From: Prevotella sp. | GTDB lineage: Bacteria > Bacteroidota > Bacteroidia > Bacteroidales > Dysgonomonadaceae | Direction of reading: 5' to 3' | DNA: 64,000 nucleotides | Assembly (NCBI GenBank): GCA_031285625.1 | Contig: JAITVV010000007.1 | Span: 64,001 to 128,000, forward strand | Shown here: positions 1 through 9,450 of the stretch, one piece after another | Layout of the letters: the number at the start of each line of letters is the position of its first letter | Position numbering within the stretch: position 1 is the first letter of the stretch | The notes under the pieces: model-generated | Databases searched by the model: none | The model's input: only the letters and a program-made list of their open reading frames with translations | What the model was told of the DNA's origin: nothing | Position numbers and translations under genes: made by a program

Positions 1-89
1 TCTGGAAATGAATGGAGCAAAACCGAAAAACCCATTAGATATATTCAATAGTTATGCAGAATTTAATTTTCTCCAAACCCCTTAAAATT

Positions 90-992
90 ATGGCTAAAAG
101 TATAAAAATATTTGGAATATTATTATTGCTGGTTTTCTTCTCGGGCTGCGTAAAAGACGGAGAAGATCTTTGTCCTCCGGCAGGAAATGTAAAGATGGAT
201 TTCTTTGTTGAGAAATTTCGTAATAAATCAGAGAATCCGCTAGATGACAGAGAAGAAGATTTTTTAAATAGAATCAATCATCTGCGCTATTTTATCTATA
301 AAGAGGGCAATTTATATCAACAAGGCATAATAGATAATTTCACCAAAACTTCTAGTCCTTCATATTCTTTTCGTTTCACAGGTTTAGATTATGGAAACTA
401 TAATATGGTTGTAGTTGCAAACTGTACGAAAGAAGCACTATCCGGTGACCCTGTTAATGCAGATAATCTATTGTTGACTTTCCCCGGTTGTATGGATACA
501 GAAGACTTCTTTACTGCAGTATTCCCTTTCAGTATACAATCTGATGAAGTAAAAGAATATGAAGTAGGATTAATGCGTACACATGGCATTATTCGCTATA
601 CGTTTAAGAATATGCCAGATAATATAACTGACATGGAAGTTGTGATGAAGAATGTAAGCCAGGAAAAATGGGTAACGGGAGATTATCGGACTACTTGCGA
701 AGCATCCCGGCGATATGCAGTAATACCCTTGGTAAAAAAAACGGAAGCAGATGATTATATTATAGGCACCTTCCCTACCCTCACCAATGAAAAATCTGCT
801 TATTACCTTAATATGTACAAAGAAGGGGAAACAACTCCATATATAAGCCAGATGATAACAGATGACCTTACAGTTAAAAGGAATCAACTTTTGGATATAG
901 CTGTAACATTCAATGATGGATATCTGAGTTTCGAGATAGATATGGATAGCGATTGGGGCGGTTCTTCTTCCGGCGAAGTAGGTATAGAATAA
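90..992 (+). CDS. FimB/Mfa2-family fimbrial (type V pilus) lipoprotein
   Basis: Lipoprotein signal (LLVFFSGC) from ATG 90, preferred over the track start 54; beta-rich body, C-terminal VKRNQLLDIAV...W; upstream of DUF3575 and DUF3868 genes as in Bacteroidales fimbrial loci. Confidence 0.75.
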   Translation: MAKSIKIFGILLLLVFFSGCVKDGEDLCPPAGNVKMDFFVEKFRNKSENPLDDREEDFLNRINHLRYFIYKEGNLYQQGIIDNFTKTSSPSYSFRFTGLDYGNYNMVVVANCTKEALSGDPVNADNLLLTFPGCMDTEDFFTAVFPFSIQSDEVKEYEVGLMRTHGIIRYTFKNMPDNITDMEVVMKNVSQEKWVTGDYRTTCEASRRYAVIPLVKKTEADDYIIGTFPTLTNEKSAYYLNMYKEGETTPYISQMITDDLTVKRNQLLDIAVTFNDGYLSFEIDMDSDWGGSSSGEVGIE

Positions 993-1017
993 TAAAGCAA
1001 CATAAAGAAAATATACA

Positions 1018-1584
1018 ATGAAAAAAGGAATTTTAATATTGATTTCATTAATATGTTCGGTGTCGATATTTCCACAGTATGTTGGAATTAAGAACAACCT
1101 TGTATATGATGCAACATTAACCCCAAATCTGGGAATCGAATTCGGATTAGGAAAAAAGTCGACTCTTGATATGAATGTAGGTTATAACCCATTCACATTC
1201 AGCGACCATAAAAAGTTCAAACATTGGTTAGTACAACCTGAATTTCGTTTGTGGTTTTGTGAAAAATTCAATGGAACATTTTTCGGAATCCATGCCCATG
1301 GAGGAGAATTCAGTGTATCTGGTAATCATTTGCCTTTTGGTATATTTCCCAACTTAAAAGGCTATCGATACGAAGGTTATTTCTATGGAGGAGGTATCAG
1401 TATTGGCTACCAGTGGATACTTAGCAAACGTTGGAATCTAGAAACATCTATAGGTGCAGGTTATGCCAGGCTAGAATATGATAAATACAATTGTCCTGAT
1501 TGCGGACCTAAGCTAGATTCGGGACACTACAATTATTGGGGGCCCACTAAAGCTACTATCTCGTTTATTTATATCATCCACTAA
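1018..1584 (+). CDS. DUF3575 outer-membrane beta-barrel protein
   Basis: VGIKNNLVYDATLTPNLGIE, HWLVQPEFRLWFCEKFNG and YWGPTKATISF motifs. Confidence 0.9.
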   Translation: MKKGILILISLICSVSIFPQYVGIKNNLVYDATLTPNLGIEFGLGKKSTLDMNVGYNPFTFSDHKKFKHWLVQPEFRLWFCEKFNGTFFGIHAHGGEFSVSGNHLPFGIFPNLKGYRYEGYFYGGGISIGYQWILSKRWNLETSIGAGYARLEYDKYNCPDCGPKLDSGHYNYWGPTKATISFIYIIH

Positions 1585-1595
1585 ACATCGTAAAC

Positions 1596-3044
1596 ATGAA
1601 AAAAATAAACTTATACATTCTTGCCTTCTCACTATTACTTCCTTTAATAACAAGAGCTCAGGCAATATCGCCAAGTGGAATAAAACCGGAGCAGGTACAA
1701 ATAGGAAGAAATGGAGATTATATACAAATAGGAATGAGAATTAATCTGGATAATATTGATCTTGATTCTCAGGAAATGATAGTTCTAACCCCTGTAGCAA
1801 TGTCAGAAGACAGAGTGACGATGCACACCTTTGCTCCCGTAGTTATAACAGGAACAAAAAGGAACAAGGCACTGAACCGGGCTTTAGAATTCGGATCTTA
1901 TGAATTTCCAAATCCACCACAGCAGATAGTCCCTAAAAACAGCGTACAATATATACCTTTAAATCTCAGTCTTCCATATAATCAATGGATGCATAGTGGT
2001 ATTTTGGCATTTAAGGAAGAAAGAATAGGATGTGCCTGTGAAAATGAATATATCAACAACTATGATATTGCTCAGATACTACCTCCGGTATTCAATCCGG
2101 AATATACACTATCCTATATAACACCTCCTGTAGAAGAAGTGAAAAGGAGAAGTGAAACTTATAGTGCCCGTTTAAACTTTAAAGTAAATAGGTATGAAAT
2201 ATTGCACGATTTCAAAAATAATGCACAGGTATTATCTGAGGTCGGTCAGATTATAGAAGAGGTGCGGAACGATCCTAATCTGACAGTATCCGAATTCCTG
2301 ATTACCGGATATGCATCACCGGAAGGTAATTTTCAAAGCAATATGACTCTCTCAGAAAATAGGGCAAAGTCATTTGTCAATTATCTAAGCAATACATATG
2401 CGATAGACCCTTCAACTATCAAAACGGATTGGAAAGGCGAAGATTGGGATGGATTAAGAAAAGTGGTTGCTGACCTGCATATATCAGACAGGCAAAATGT
2501 ATTGGATATCATAGATAATGAACCAGATATACTGACTCGTAAAAATAAACTAAAACAGCTGTCGGGCGGAGAAACGTATAGAATGTTACTTCAAGACTAT
2601 TACCCCCCACTTCGTAGAAATGAATATACTATTTCATACGTTGCCCGCAGCTTTAGTATAGATGAAGCTAAAGAAAAAATAAAAACAAAACCTCAGCATC
2701 TCAGCCTTAATGAAATGTATCTGGTAGCAAATTCGTATACCAAGAATAGCGAAGATTTTAAACAAGTTTTTGAAATTGCTACCCGAATATATCCGGATGA
2801 TCCAGTTGCACGATTAAATTCGGCTACATTATCCCTGGAAAACAAAGATACGAACGCTGCCATCAAACAATTGGAAACAGTAAACTTACCTGAAGCATGG
2901 AATAACCTGGGAATAGCTTATATTCAGAAAGAAGAATATGAGATGGCTAAAGTATATTTTGATAAAGCAGCTAATATGGGATTAAATACGGCAACATATA
3001 ATTCTGAGCAATTATCAAAATGGCTTGAAGCACAACAATGGTAG
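1596..3044 (+). CDS. DUF3868 / OmpA-like / TPR protein
   Basis: Signal peptide; ITGYASPEG...NMTLSENRA OmpA-like motif; GEDWDGL; YPPLRR; C-terminal TPR (AWNNLGIAY). Confidence 0.88.
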   Translation: MKKINLYILAFSLLLPLITRAQAISPSGIKPEQVQIGRNGDYIQIGMRINLDNIDLDSQEMIVLTPVAMSEDRVTMHTFAPVVITGTKRNKALNRALEFGSYEFPNPPQQIVPKNSVQYIPLNLSLPYNQWMHSGILAFKEERIGCACENEYINNYDIAQILPPVFNPEYTLSYITPPVEEVKRRSETYSARLNFKVNRYEILHDFKNNAQVLSEVGQIIEEVRNDPNLTVSEFLITGYASPEGNFQSNMTLSENRAKSFVNYLSNTYAIDPSTIKTDWKGEDWDGLRKVVADLHISDRQNVLDIIDNEPDILTRKNKLKQLSGGETYRMLLQDYYPPLRRNEYTISYVARSFSIDEAKEKIKTKPQHLSLNEMYLVANSYTKNSEDFKQVFEIATRIYPDDPVARLNSATLSLENKDTNAAIKQLETVNLPEAWNNLGIAYIQKEEYEMAKVYFDKAANMGLNTATYNSEQLSKWLEAQQW

Positions 3045-3052
3045 AATCATAC

Positions 3053-3088
3053 TATAGCTTACATATTTTATACAATATGTAAGCTATA
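3053..3088 (+). terminator. Hairpin, probable intrinsic terminator
   Basis: tatagcttacatatt-N6-aatatgtaagctata, 8 nt after the stop at 3044. Confidence 0.6.
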
Positions 3089-3224
3089 ATCCCATAAAGC
3101 AAGTAATCATTTCATATTAAACCAAACAATAAAACTTAAAAATTACAATAGAGAGAAACGCTCCACATATGTTAATACATGTTTGTCTGTCACAACTGGA
3201 ATTATTAACTAAAAGATTAGAATT

Positions 3225-4073
3225 ATGAGATTAGGTTTAGATATTGGCTATAAAAGCATTAGCATGGCAATAGTCAAGAATAATGAAGTTCTGGATTTAA
3301 TTGATAAACCGATTGCGACTTCCAAAAGGGATTGCAACAGAACAATAATGGACAAAATGTTAGCATCTATTCATAGTGTTTCCAAATCCAAAATAAAAGG
3401 TATTGGTTTAAGTTTACCCTCACGGATAGACGAAAAGAAAGGTGTGATATATGATATCAGCAGTATACCCTATTGGAAAGGGATGGGTATAAAGAAAATA
3501 TTAGAAGACGAGTTTAATACCAAAGTATGGATAAATAATGACGTCAACTGCTTTATCTTAGGCGAAAAATATTATGGAATGTGTAAAGATTTCAAAGACA
3601 TTGTTTGCATCTCATTAGGTCCTAATGTGGGCGCAAGCATTATTGTGAATAATAAATTATTTTTTGAGAATAACTATACATTCTATAATGCGAAATGTTT
3701 ATCTGTTCCTTGCTATGACTGTGTACGTATATATAGAAGCAGTTTTATACGAACAATGGAGGAACTTAACTTCTTACTCAAAGGCTACAAAGATGATATG
3801 GCAGATAATCCTGATCATGAAATATGGGCTGATTTGGGAATACTGGTCGGTAGACTCGTTTCTATCCTTCTATGCAACTATGATCCTCAAGTAATAGTAT
3901 TAGGCGGTCATTTAGCTAAACATTTTGTTCATTTCTCAGAATCAATGGATAGATATCTTGAAAAATTTATTCATCCGCAAGTACTATTAAATATGATAAT
4001 TTTTGCCTCTATTGTTGATCATCAACAAGCGTTAGGCGCAACGGCAATGGTAAAACAGCAAATATTAGTATAA
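3225..4073 (+). CDS. ROK family protein (degenerate)
   Basis: LGLDIG, GIGLSLP, NDVN and DPQVIVLGG motifs; lacks the GxGxG and GExGH motifs. Confidence 0.75.
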   Translation: MRLGLDIGYKSISMAIVKNNEVLDLIDKPIATSKRDCNRTIMDKMLASIHSVSKSKIKGIGLSLPSRIDEKKGVIYDISSIPYWKGMGIKKILEDEFNTKVWINNDVNCFILGEKYYGMCKDFKDIVCISLGPNVGASIIVNNKLFFENNYTFYNAKCLSVPCYDCVRIYRSSFIRTMEELNFLLKGYKDDMADNPDHEIWADLGILVGRLVSILLCNYDPQVIVLGGHLAKHFVHFSESMDRYLEKFIHPQVLLNMIIFASIVDHQQALGATAMVKQQILV

Positions 4074-4174
4074 TAGAGCATCCAAATATTTGTTCATTTA
4101 TTAACCAATAAAAACATTTTGGATTAATAAAAATGAAAAATGTATTGTTTTTTAGTTAAAGTAAAATATAAAGG

Positions 4175-4199
4175 AAACAATCGGTTTATTACCAGTGTT
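4175..4199 (+). promoter_or_regulatory. Putative ECF-sigma promoter AAAC-N17-TGTT
   Basis: aaac-aatcggtttattaccag-tgtt; the same architecture recurs at 14437-14461 on the minus strand. Confidence 0.4.
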
Positions 4200-4464
4200 T
4201 TTAATAAATACAAGATATTGAGGATAAAATAAGTATTCACAAATTACTAAAAACATCCGATATGATTATTTCCTTAATATACCATTATTTAGAATCTGCA
4301 TAGTAGGATTATGTAGTTTCTTCAAAAAGATACCCATCTAATTATACTAATGTCCATTTGTAAGTGATTCTTACAATAAGGGGATTTTTTGTGTTCCAGA
4401 ATTAAGTAAAATAAATATAAATATTTGATTTTTAGTATATTATTTAATTTAAAAGATAAGTTTT

Positions 4465-4995
4465 ATGAAAAAGATTTTATTATTAGCAGTTTTTATTGCT
4501 GCCGTATTTGGTTTGTCAGCTCAGACATCTTCACAATTCAGATCACCTCAGGCAAGTGATTTTGCTGTAGTAGGGCATGTAGGCTATCAAACTAATTTTA
4601 AAAGATTTGGTATCGATCTTCAGGGACGTTATAACCTGATGAGAAATATACGTATTGCTCCGGACATTGCATTTTATTTCCCAAAAGATAAAGTAACAGG
4701 ACTGGATGTAATGCTGAATGCTCATTATGTATTCTATTTTCCACAAGACAGATTTTCGGTTTATCCACTAGCTGGCTTTGGGATGCAAAATAACTTCTAT
4801 GGTAAACAAACAATTGTTGTTGACGGAAGCGAGGTGAAGGCTGACTCACACAGTAGTACCGATTTTGCATTCAATCTGGGAGGCGGTATAAGCTATCAGA
4901 TCAGTCCGCAAGGCTTCCTCAATGCTGAAGTGAAATTTATGCTTGGAGATAATGATAATGCAGCTATTATGTTGGGTTATGGATATAGATTTTAA
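4465..4995 (+). CDS. Small outer-membrane beta-barrel (porin/OmpA-TM family) protein
   Basis: Signal peptide, alternating beta strands, FNLGGGISY, C-terminal GYGYRF. Confidence 0.85.
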   Translation: MKKILLLAVFIAAVFGLSAQTSSQFRSPQASDFAVVGHVGYQTNFKRFGIDLQGRYNLMRNIRIAPDIAFYFPKDKVTGLDVMLNAHYVFYFPQDRFSVYPLAGFGMQNNFYGKQTIVVDGSEVKADSHSSTDFAFNLGGGISYQISPQGFLNAEVKFMLGDNDNAAIMLGYGYRF

Positions 4996-5021
4996 GATTG
5001 TAAATTGAAAAATAAATAATT

Positions 5022-5774
5022 ATGAAAACCTTGAAATATATATTCCTTATTATTAGTATATGTCTTTTTTCGCAAGCTAATGCTCAGGATGTTTCGAAAG
5101 AACAATTAGTAGATAAATGGGTATTAAAAACGATCAATAACCGCCCGGCTAATGAATTATTCACCAATAAGACTCCATATCTTCTGTTCAATTTTGATGT
5201 AGAACAGGTTTCCGGCAATAGCGGATGCAATACATTTAGTGGAAAGTTTAAATATAGTGGAGGTAAGTTTGAGGCACCTAACATAGAATTAGGAGATATC
5301 ACTTGTCCGGGAAGTAGCGATGAGACTCTTCTTGTTAAATTATTGAACAAATCTTCGAAACTTTCAATTATGAATGGTGAGTTGATATTTACTCAGGATG
5401 ACAAACCTGTATTGGTATTTTATCGGGCACAACCACTCACTGCTACCGATCTTTCGGGTATATGGAGATTACAATCCATCAAAGGCGATGATGTAAAAGC
5501 AGATGCTCCATTACAAACCCCAACATTAGAACTTAATTTTTCTGACAACAGACTGACTGGAAATACAAGTTGTAATTCTTATAATGCACCATTTACTTTT
5601 TCCAAAAATGTACTCGAGGTTCAACCTCTAATCACAACCAGAATGGCATGTGATAAGATGGACCTGGAAAACAAATTTGTAAAAACGTTTACAGGTCGTA
5701 TGGATATTGATCTTGAAAATGGCAAATTAGTTGTCAGAAAAGAAAATAAAGAGATAATGACATTTACTCGCTAA
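5022..5774 (+). CDS. Tandem META-domain (HslJ-like) protein
   Basis: Two repeats of WxL...GNxxCNxF/Y; TTRMAC in the second repeat. Confidence 0.88.
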   Translation: MKTLKYIFLIISICLFSQANAQDVSKEQLVDKWVLKTINNRPANELFTNKTPYLLFNFDVEQVSGNSGCNTFSGKFKYSGGKFEAPNIELGDITCPGSSDETLLVKLLNKSSKLSIMNGELIFTQDDKPVLVFYRAQPLTATDLSGIWRLQSIKGDDVKADAPLQTPTLELNFSDNRLTGNTSCNSYNAPFTFSKNVLEVQPLITTRMACDKMDLENKFVKTFTGRMDIDLENGKLVVRKENKEIMTFTR

Positions 5775-5790
5775 TTAAACTATAAAAGGA

Positions 5791-6066
5791 ATGAAAAGAA
5801 TATTAAGTATATTATTTATTAGCGGAATATTACTTAGCTCGGTTTCTTGTAGTAATAAAACTAAAAAAGATGCAGAGGACACCTATGAAGATGCAAAAAA
5901 AGAGGTGAATGATGCAGCTAACAAAGCCGGAGATAAAGTAGAAGAAGGAGCTGATAAAGCTAAAGATGCATGGGATGATACCAAGAAAGATGTAAAGGAA
6001 GGTGCTGATAAAGTAAAAAAAGAAGTTAAGCAAGCTGCTGATACAGTAAAGAAAAAGCTTAATTAA
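5791..6066 (+). CDS. Small hydrophilic YtxH/LEA-like lipoprotein
   Basis: Lipobox SVSC followed by K/D/E/A-rich helical repeats. Confidence 0.7.
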   Translation: MKRILSILFISGILLSSVSCSNKTKKDAEDTYEDAKKEVNDAANKAGDKVEEGADKAKDAWDDTKKDVKEGADKVKKEVKQAADTVKKKLN

Positions 6067-6154
6067 TAGATAACTGGGAAGAAAGCTGGAGGTACAGATA
6101 TTTTATTTGTACCTCTTGGTATCCCCAGTCAGGACAAACAATAAAATTACCATT

Positions 6155-7135
6155 ATGAATAATATAGATAAGGCTCCGGATTATTTGGATGATCCGCATT
6201 TAAGCCAACAAACTAAAGAATACCTGAAAGTTCTAAACTCTGGCGACAAACCAGTAGAATCCCTACCGATTGCAGATGCCCGCAAAGTTCTCGAAGATGC
6301 ACAATCGTCGGTGAATGTAGATCTATCAGGTATAGAAGAGAGTGAAAAAACAATAACTCAAGATGGATATACGATAAAACTTAACATCGTACGTCCTCAA
6401 GGGAATAAAAACAAATTACCTGTTTTCATCTTCATACATGGAGGTGGATGGGTTTTAGGAGACTATCCTACACATAAACGCCTGGTACGTGATCTTGTTG
6501 TTACATCCGGTTTCTGTGCAGTCTTTGTAAATTATTCACCTTCACCTGAGGCCAAATATCCTACAGCAATAAATGAGATATATGCTGCAACCAAATGGGT
6601 TTCGCAACATGGAGAGGAAATAAATGTCGATGGGAAGAAACTGGCTGTTGTAGGTAATAGTGTGGGTGGGAACATGTCGATAGTGACCAGCCTGAGAGCT
6701 AAAGAAGAGAATGGACCTGAGATAAAAGTACAACTATTACTCTGGCCTGTTACTGATGCCACTTTTGACTGGGACTCTTATACGTTATATGGTAAGCAAA
6801 GATTTCTCACTACTCCATTAATGAAATGGATGTTTGACCAATATACGACCAATGAAGAAGAACGGAAGAATATACATCTTTCTCCACTGCAAGCATCTAT
6901 CGAAGAATTGAGAGGCTTACCTCCAACTTTAATAACAGTTGCAGAAAACGATATTCTGAGAGATCAGGGAGAAGCATTGGGCCGTAAACTAGATGAGGCC
7001 GGAGTAAGAGTTTCTACTATTCGGTTCAATGGAGTAATACATGATTGGGGAATGCTTAATGGTTATGCCAGAATACCGGAGACTTGTTCATTAATAGGAA
7101 TCTCTGCAGCAATGCTCAAATATTATCTTCAATAA
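6155..7135 (+). CDS. Alpha/beta hydrolase (HSL-family esterase/lipase)
   Basis: HGGGW oxyanion motif, GNSVGG nucleophile, END and IHDW; ATG 6155 preferred over TTG 6107. Confidence 0.92.
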   Translation: MNNIDKAPDYLDDPHLSQQTKEYLKVLNSGDKPVESLPIADARKVLEDAQSSVNVDLSGIEESEKTITQDGYTIKLNIVRPQGNKNKLPVFIFIHGGGWVLGDYPTHKRLVRDLVVTSGFCAVFVNYSPSPEAKYPTAINEIYAATKWVSQHGEEINVDGKKLAVVGNSVGGNMSIVTSLRAKEENGPEIKVQLLLWPVTDATFDWDSYTLYGKQRFLTTPLMKWMFDQYTTNEEERKNIHLSPLQASIEELRGLPPTLITVAENDILRDQGEALGRKLDEAGVRVSTIRFNGVIHDWGMLNGYARIPETCSLIGISAAMLKYYLQ

Positions 7136-7155
7136 ATATTGTATTAAATAAATAA

Positions 7156-7653
7156 ATGATTATGAAAAAAATGCTTTTTATTATTACCTGTATTCTTATA
7201 TCGGGTATAGCAATGCAGTCATGTAAACAAAGTGACGAAAATCTGAAAAAGGATGTGGATAAAGCAATTCAGGGACGTTACAACAGTACCATTAGTACTT
7301 CTGTTAAAGATGGAGTAGTAACACTTATAGGCACAGTAGAATCACAACAAGAAAAGACATCAGTTGAAAGTGAAGTGAAAGCTGTAAAACATGTAAAAAC
7401 GGTAGTAAATAATATCTCGGTTCGTGAAAGTAATATTACCTCACAGCAACCTGTGATAAATCCTGATAATACTATTAAATCCTCTATTGAATCAAGACTG
7501 GCAACAGAAGGGTTTAAAGATGTTAAGGTCGATGTTAGCAATGGAGAAATTATCCTGAGCGGAAACCTTAAGAGAAGTGACCTTACTAAAGTAATGCAGA
7601 TAGCTAACGAGTCGAATCCTAAAAAAGTTACTAACAATCTAAATCTGAAATAA
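7156..7653 (+). CDS. BON-domain lipoprotein
   Basis: Lipobox MQSC; VKDGVVTLIGTV...VKTVVNNI and a second BON-like repeat. Confidence 0.88.
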   Translation: MIMKKMLFIITCILISGIAMQSCKQSDENLKKDVDKAIQGRYNSTISTSVKDGVVTLIGTVESQQEKTSVESEVKAVKHVKTVVNNISVRESNITSQQPVINPDNTIKSSIESRLATEGFKDVKVDVSNGEIILSGNLKRSDLTKVMQIANESNPKKVTNNLNLK

Positions 7654-8021
7654 TGGACTTAAAAGATAAATACAGCAAAATAATTGATTTTTCCTCAAAA
7701 CCAAATGTAGATAATCTTTCTATTAGCGAGAATGATGGAGTATTGTATATTTCAGGTACAGCAAGTGAGTCTGTAAAAGAAAAACTATGGGATCTGTATA
7801 ACCAGATAGATCCGGATATGCGATCCGGAGATATGGTACTGGATATAAAATCGACTGGAGGAAGCGAACAGATTTATGAAATTAAACCAGGAGATAGTCT
7901 AAGTAAGATAGCTCAACACTACCCCGGAGTGACATGGCAAAAATTATATGAGGCAAATAAAGATGTAATAAAAGATCCGAATGTAATACATCCCGGCCAA
8001 AAGATTAAAATTCCTAAATAA
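7653..8021 (+). CDS. LysM-domain protein (Kbp/YgaU-like)
   Basis: YEIKPGDSLSKIA...NKDVIKDPNVIHPGQKIKIP; TAATG overlap with the BON gene. Confidence 0.9.
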   Translation: MDLKDKYSKIIDFSSKPNVDNLSISENDGVLYISGTASESVKEKLWDLYNQIDPDMRSGDMVLDIKSTGGSEQIYEIKPGDSLSKIAQHYPGVTWQKLYEANKDVIKDPNVIHPGQKIKIPK

Positions 8022-8078
8022 TCACTTATCCCATCTTGGAGAATATTGATTTTTAGTACGAATTTTAAATAAACGATT

Positions 8079-8303
8079 ATGTCAAAAGATGATATAGGAA
8101 CTGAATCCGGAACTATTTGGTTATTACTTTCAGACAAAGGGAAATTATCTATAAGAGAAATCGGTGAATTTACAAATTGTAAGGACTCACTTATCTTTTT
8201 AGCATTAGGATGGTTATTAAGAGAAGATAAGATTCGTTTTTTTGATGAGAATGGTATTTTGTATGCTGAACTAAATAGGTGTGGATCTGAATTATATTAC
8301 TAA
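8079..8303 (+). CDS. Small winged-helix protein (DUF2582-like)
   Basis: IGTESGTIWLLL...LALGWLLREDKI signature. Confidence 0.8.
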   Translation: MSKDDIGTESGTIWLLLSDKGKLSIREIGEFTNCKDSLIFLALGWLLREDKIRFFDENGILYAELNRCGSELYY

Positions 8304-8361
8304 ATAATCTATCTCGATTACACATTATATCTATCTTAAACTAATGAAAGTAATTTCTGAG

Positions 8362-8391
8362 AAAGAGGTATAGATAGTTCTATACCTCTTT
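8362..8391 (+). terminator. Intrinsic terminator
   Basis: aaagaggtataga-tagt-tctatacctcttt followed by T. Confidence 0.7.
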
Positions 8392-8484
8392 TATATATGA
8401 GTAACTTAATTGATATTAGTCATGTATAAGATAATTTATAGACATACCAGATATGCCATATTTAAAACTGTAAAGCATTGCTTT

Positions 8485-8748
8485 ATGAAAACAAGAAATA
8501 AAATTTCTCATAAGTTAGACGCTGATGACAGGAATAAATTACGTTCATCGGATTTTGGAATTCCAGATCAACGGGAGTATCCGATGCCCGATGCTGCCCA
8601 TGTACGGGCGGCAGAGTCTTACTTTAGGTATTCATGTGACGAAAAGAAACCGATATTAGCTCACCGTATAATTCTAAAAGCGAGAAAATTCGGAGTAAAG
8701 GTAGAAAGTCCCATTATATTAGAATGGGCAGAAAAATTTAAAAAATAG
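8485..8748 (+). CDS. Small basic protein, DUF6582-like
   Basis: LRSSDFGIPDQREYPMPDAAHVRAA...ARKFGV motif; ATG 8485 preferred. Confidence 0.6.
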   Translation: MKTRNKISHKLDADDRNKLRSSDFGIPDQREYPMPDAAHVRAAESYFRYSCDEKKPILAHRIILKARKFGVKVESPIILEWAEKFKK

Positions 8749-8751
8749 TTT

Positions 8752-9159
8752 ATTAAAAAAGGTTTAATTTATAGCCTGTTACTTATAGGCTTAACGATGG
8801 GTTTTATCTCATGTGGAGATGATGACGATGCTCCTGTATTAGGAGCAAATGTAAAGGTAACTGTAAAAAATATTGCAGGAGTAGTACAGGAAGATGTTGA
8901 AGTGTATATGTTCAAAGACCTGGAACCAGAAGAATCGACTGATCCTGGATCGGCATCGAAAAAAGAGGTTACAGATGCAGACGGAGTAGCTTACTTCAAA
9001 CTAAATCTGACCGAATTGAATATTACAGAATCTAAAACAAATCTCTATTTTGCTGTTTATTACAGAGTTGGTGATGACCTTATATTCAAGGCCGGAGATG
9101 AATCTGTGACCGTAAAAAGAGATGAAGAGAAAGCAATTACATTGACAATACCAATTTAA
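8752..9159 (+). CDS. Lipoprotein of unknown function; probable ATT start
   Basis: A complete lipoprotein signal (IKKGLIYSLLLIGLTMGFISC-GDDDD) needs a start at ATT 8752; the first ATG (8797) lies only five codons before the Cys. Confidence 0.65.
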   Translation: MKKGLIYSLLLIGLTMGFISCGDDDDAPVLGANVKVTVKNIAGVVQEDVEVYMFKDLEPEESTDPGSASKKEVTDADGVAYFKLNLTELNITESKTNLYFAVYYRVGDDLIFKAGDESVTVKRDEEKAITLTIPI

Positions 9160-9183
9160 TATTGCTCACTTCATAAAAATGAT

Positions 9184-9212
9184 AAAGCCCTGACATTTAA
9201 TATCAGGGCTTT
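9184..9212. terminator. Bidirectional intrinsic terminator between convergent operons
   Basis: aaagccctga-N9-tcagggcttt with A/T tails. Confidence 0.8.
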
Positions 9213-9230
9213 TTATTTGGAAAACGAAGA

Positions 9231-9425
9231 TTATTCCCTGTCACTTTTTCCTGATAACTTACCAATATAAAAAATCGCAAATCCTATCAGGGAAATTACT
9301 GCTATAGCACCTACAACATAAAGCACAATAGTAGATACTACTTTTACTCCTATAACAAGGAGGGTAATAAAAAGCAAAATAGATATTACACCTATCGCTA
9401 TTAAAATATTCTTCAATATATTCAT
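9231..9425 (-). CDS. Small two-TM membrane protein
   Basis: 64 aa, two hydrophobic segments, 25 nt downstream of the OmpA gene on the same strand. Confidence 0.65.
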   Translation of the reverse strand: MNILKNILIAIGVISILLFITLLVIGVKVVSTIVLYVVGAIAVISLIGFAIFYIGKLSGKSDRE

Positions 9426-9450
9426 ATTATTTCTTATTTATATTAATACA

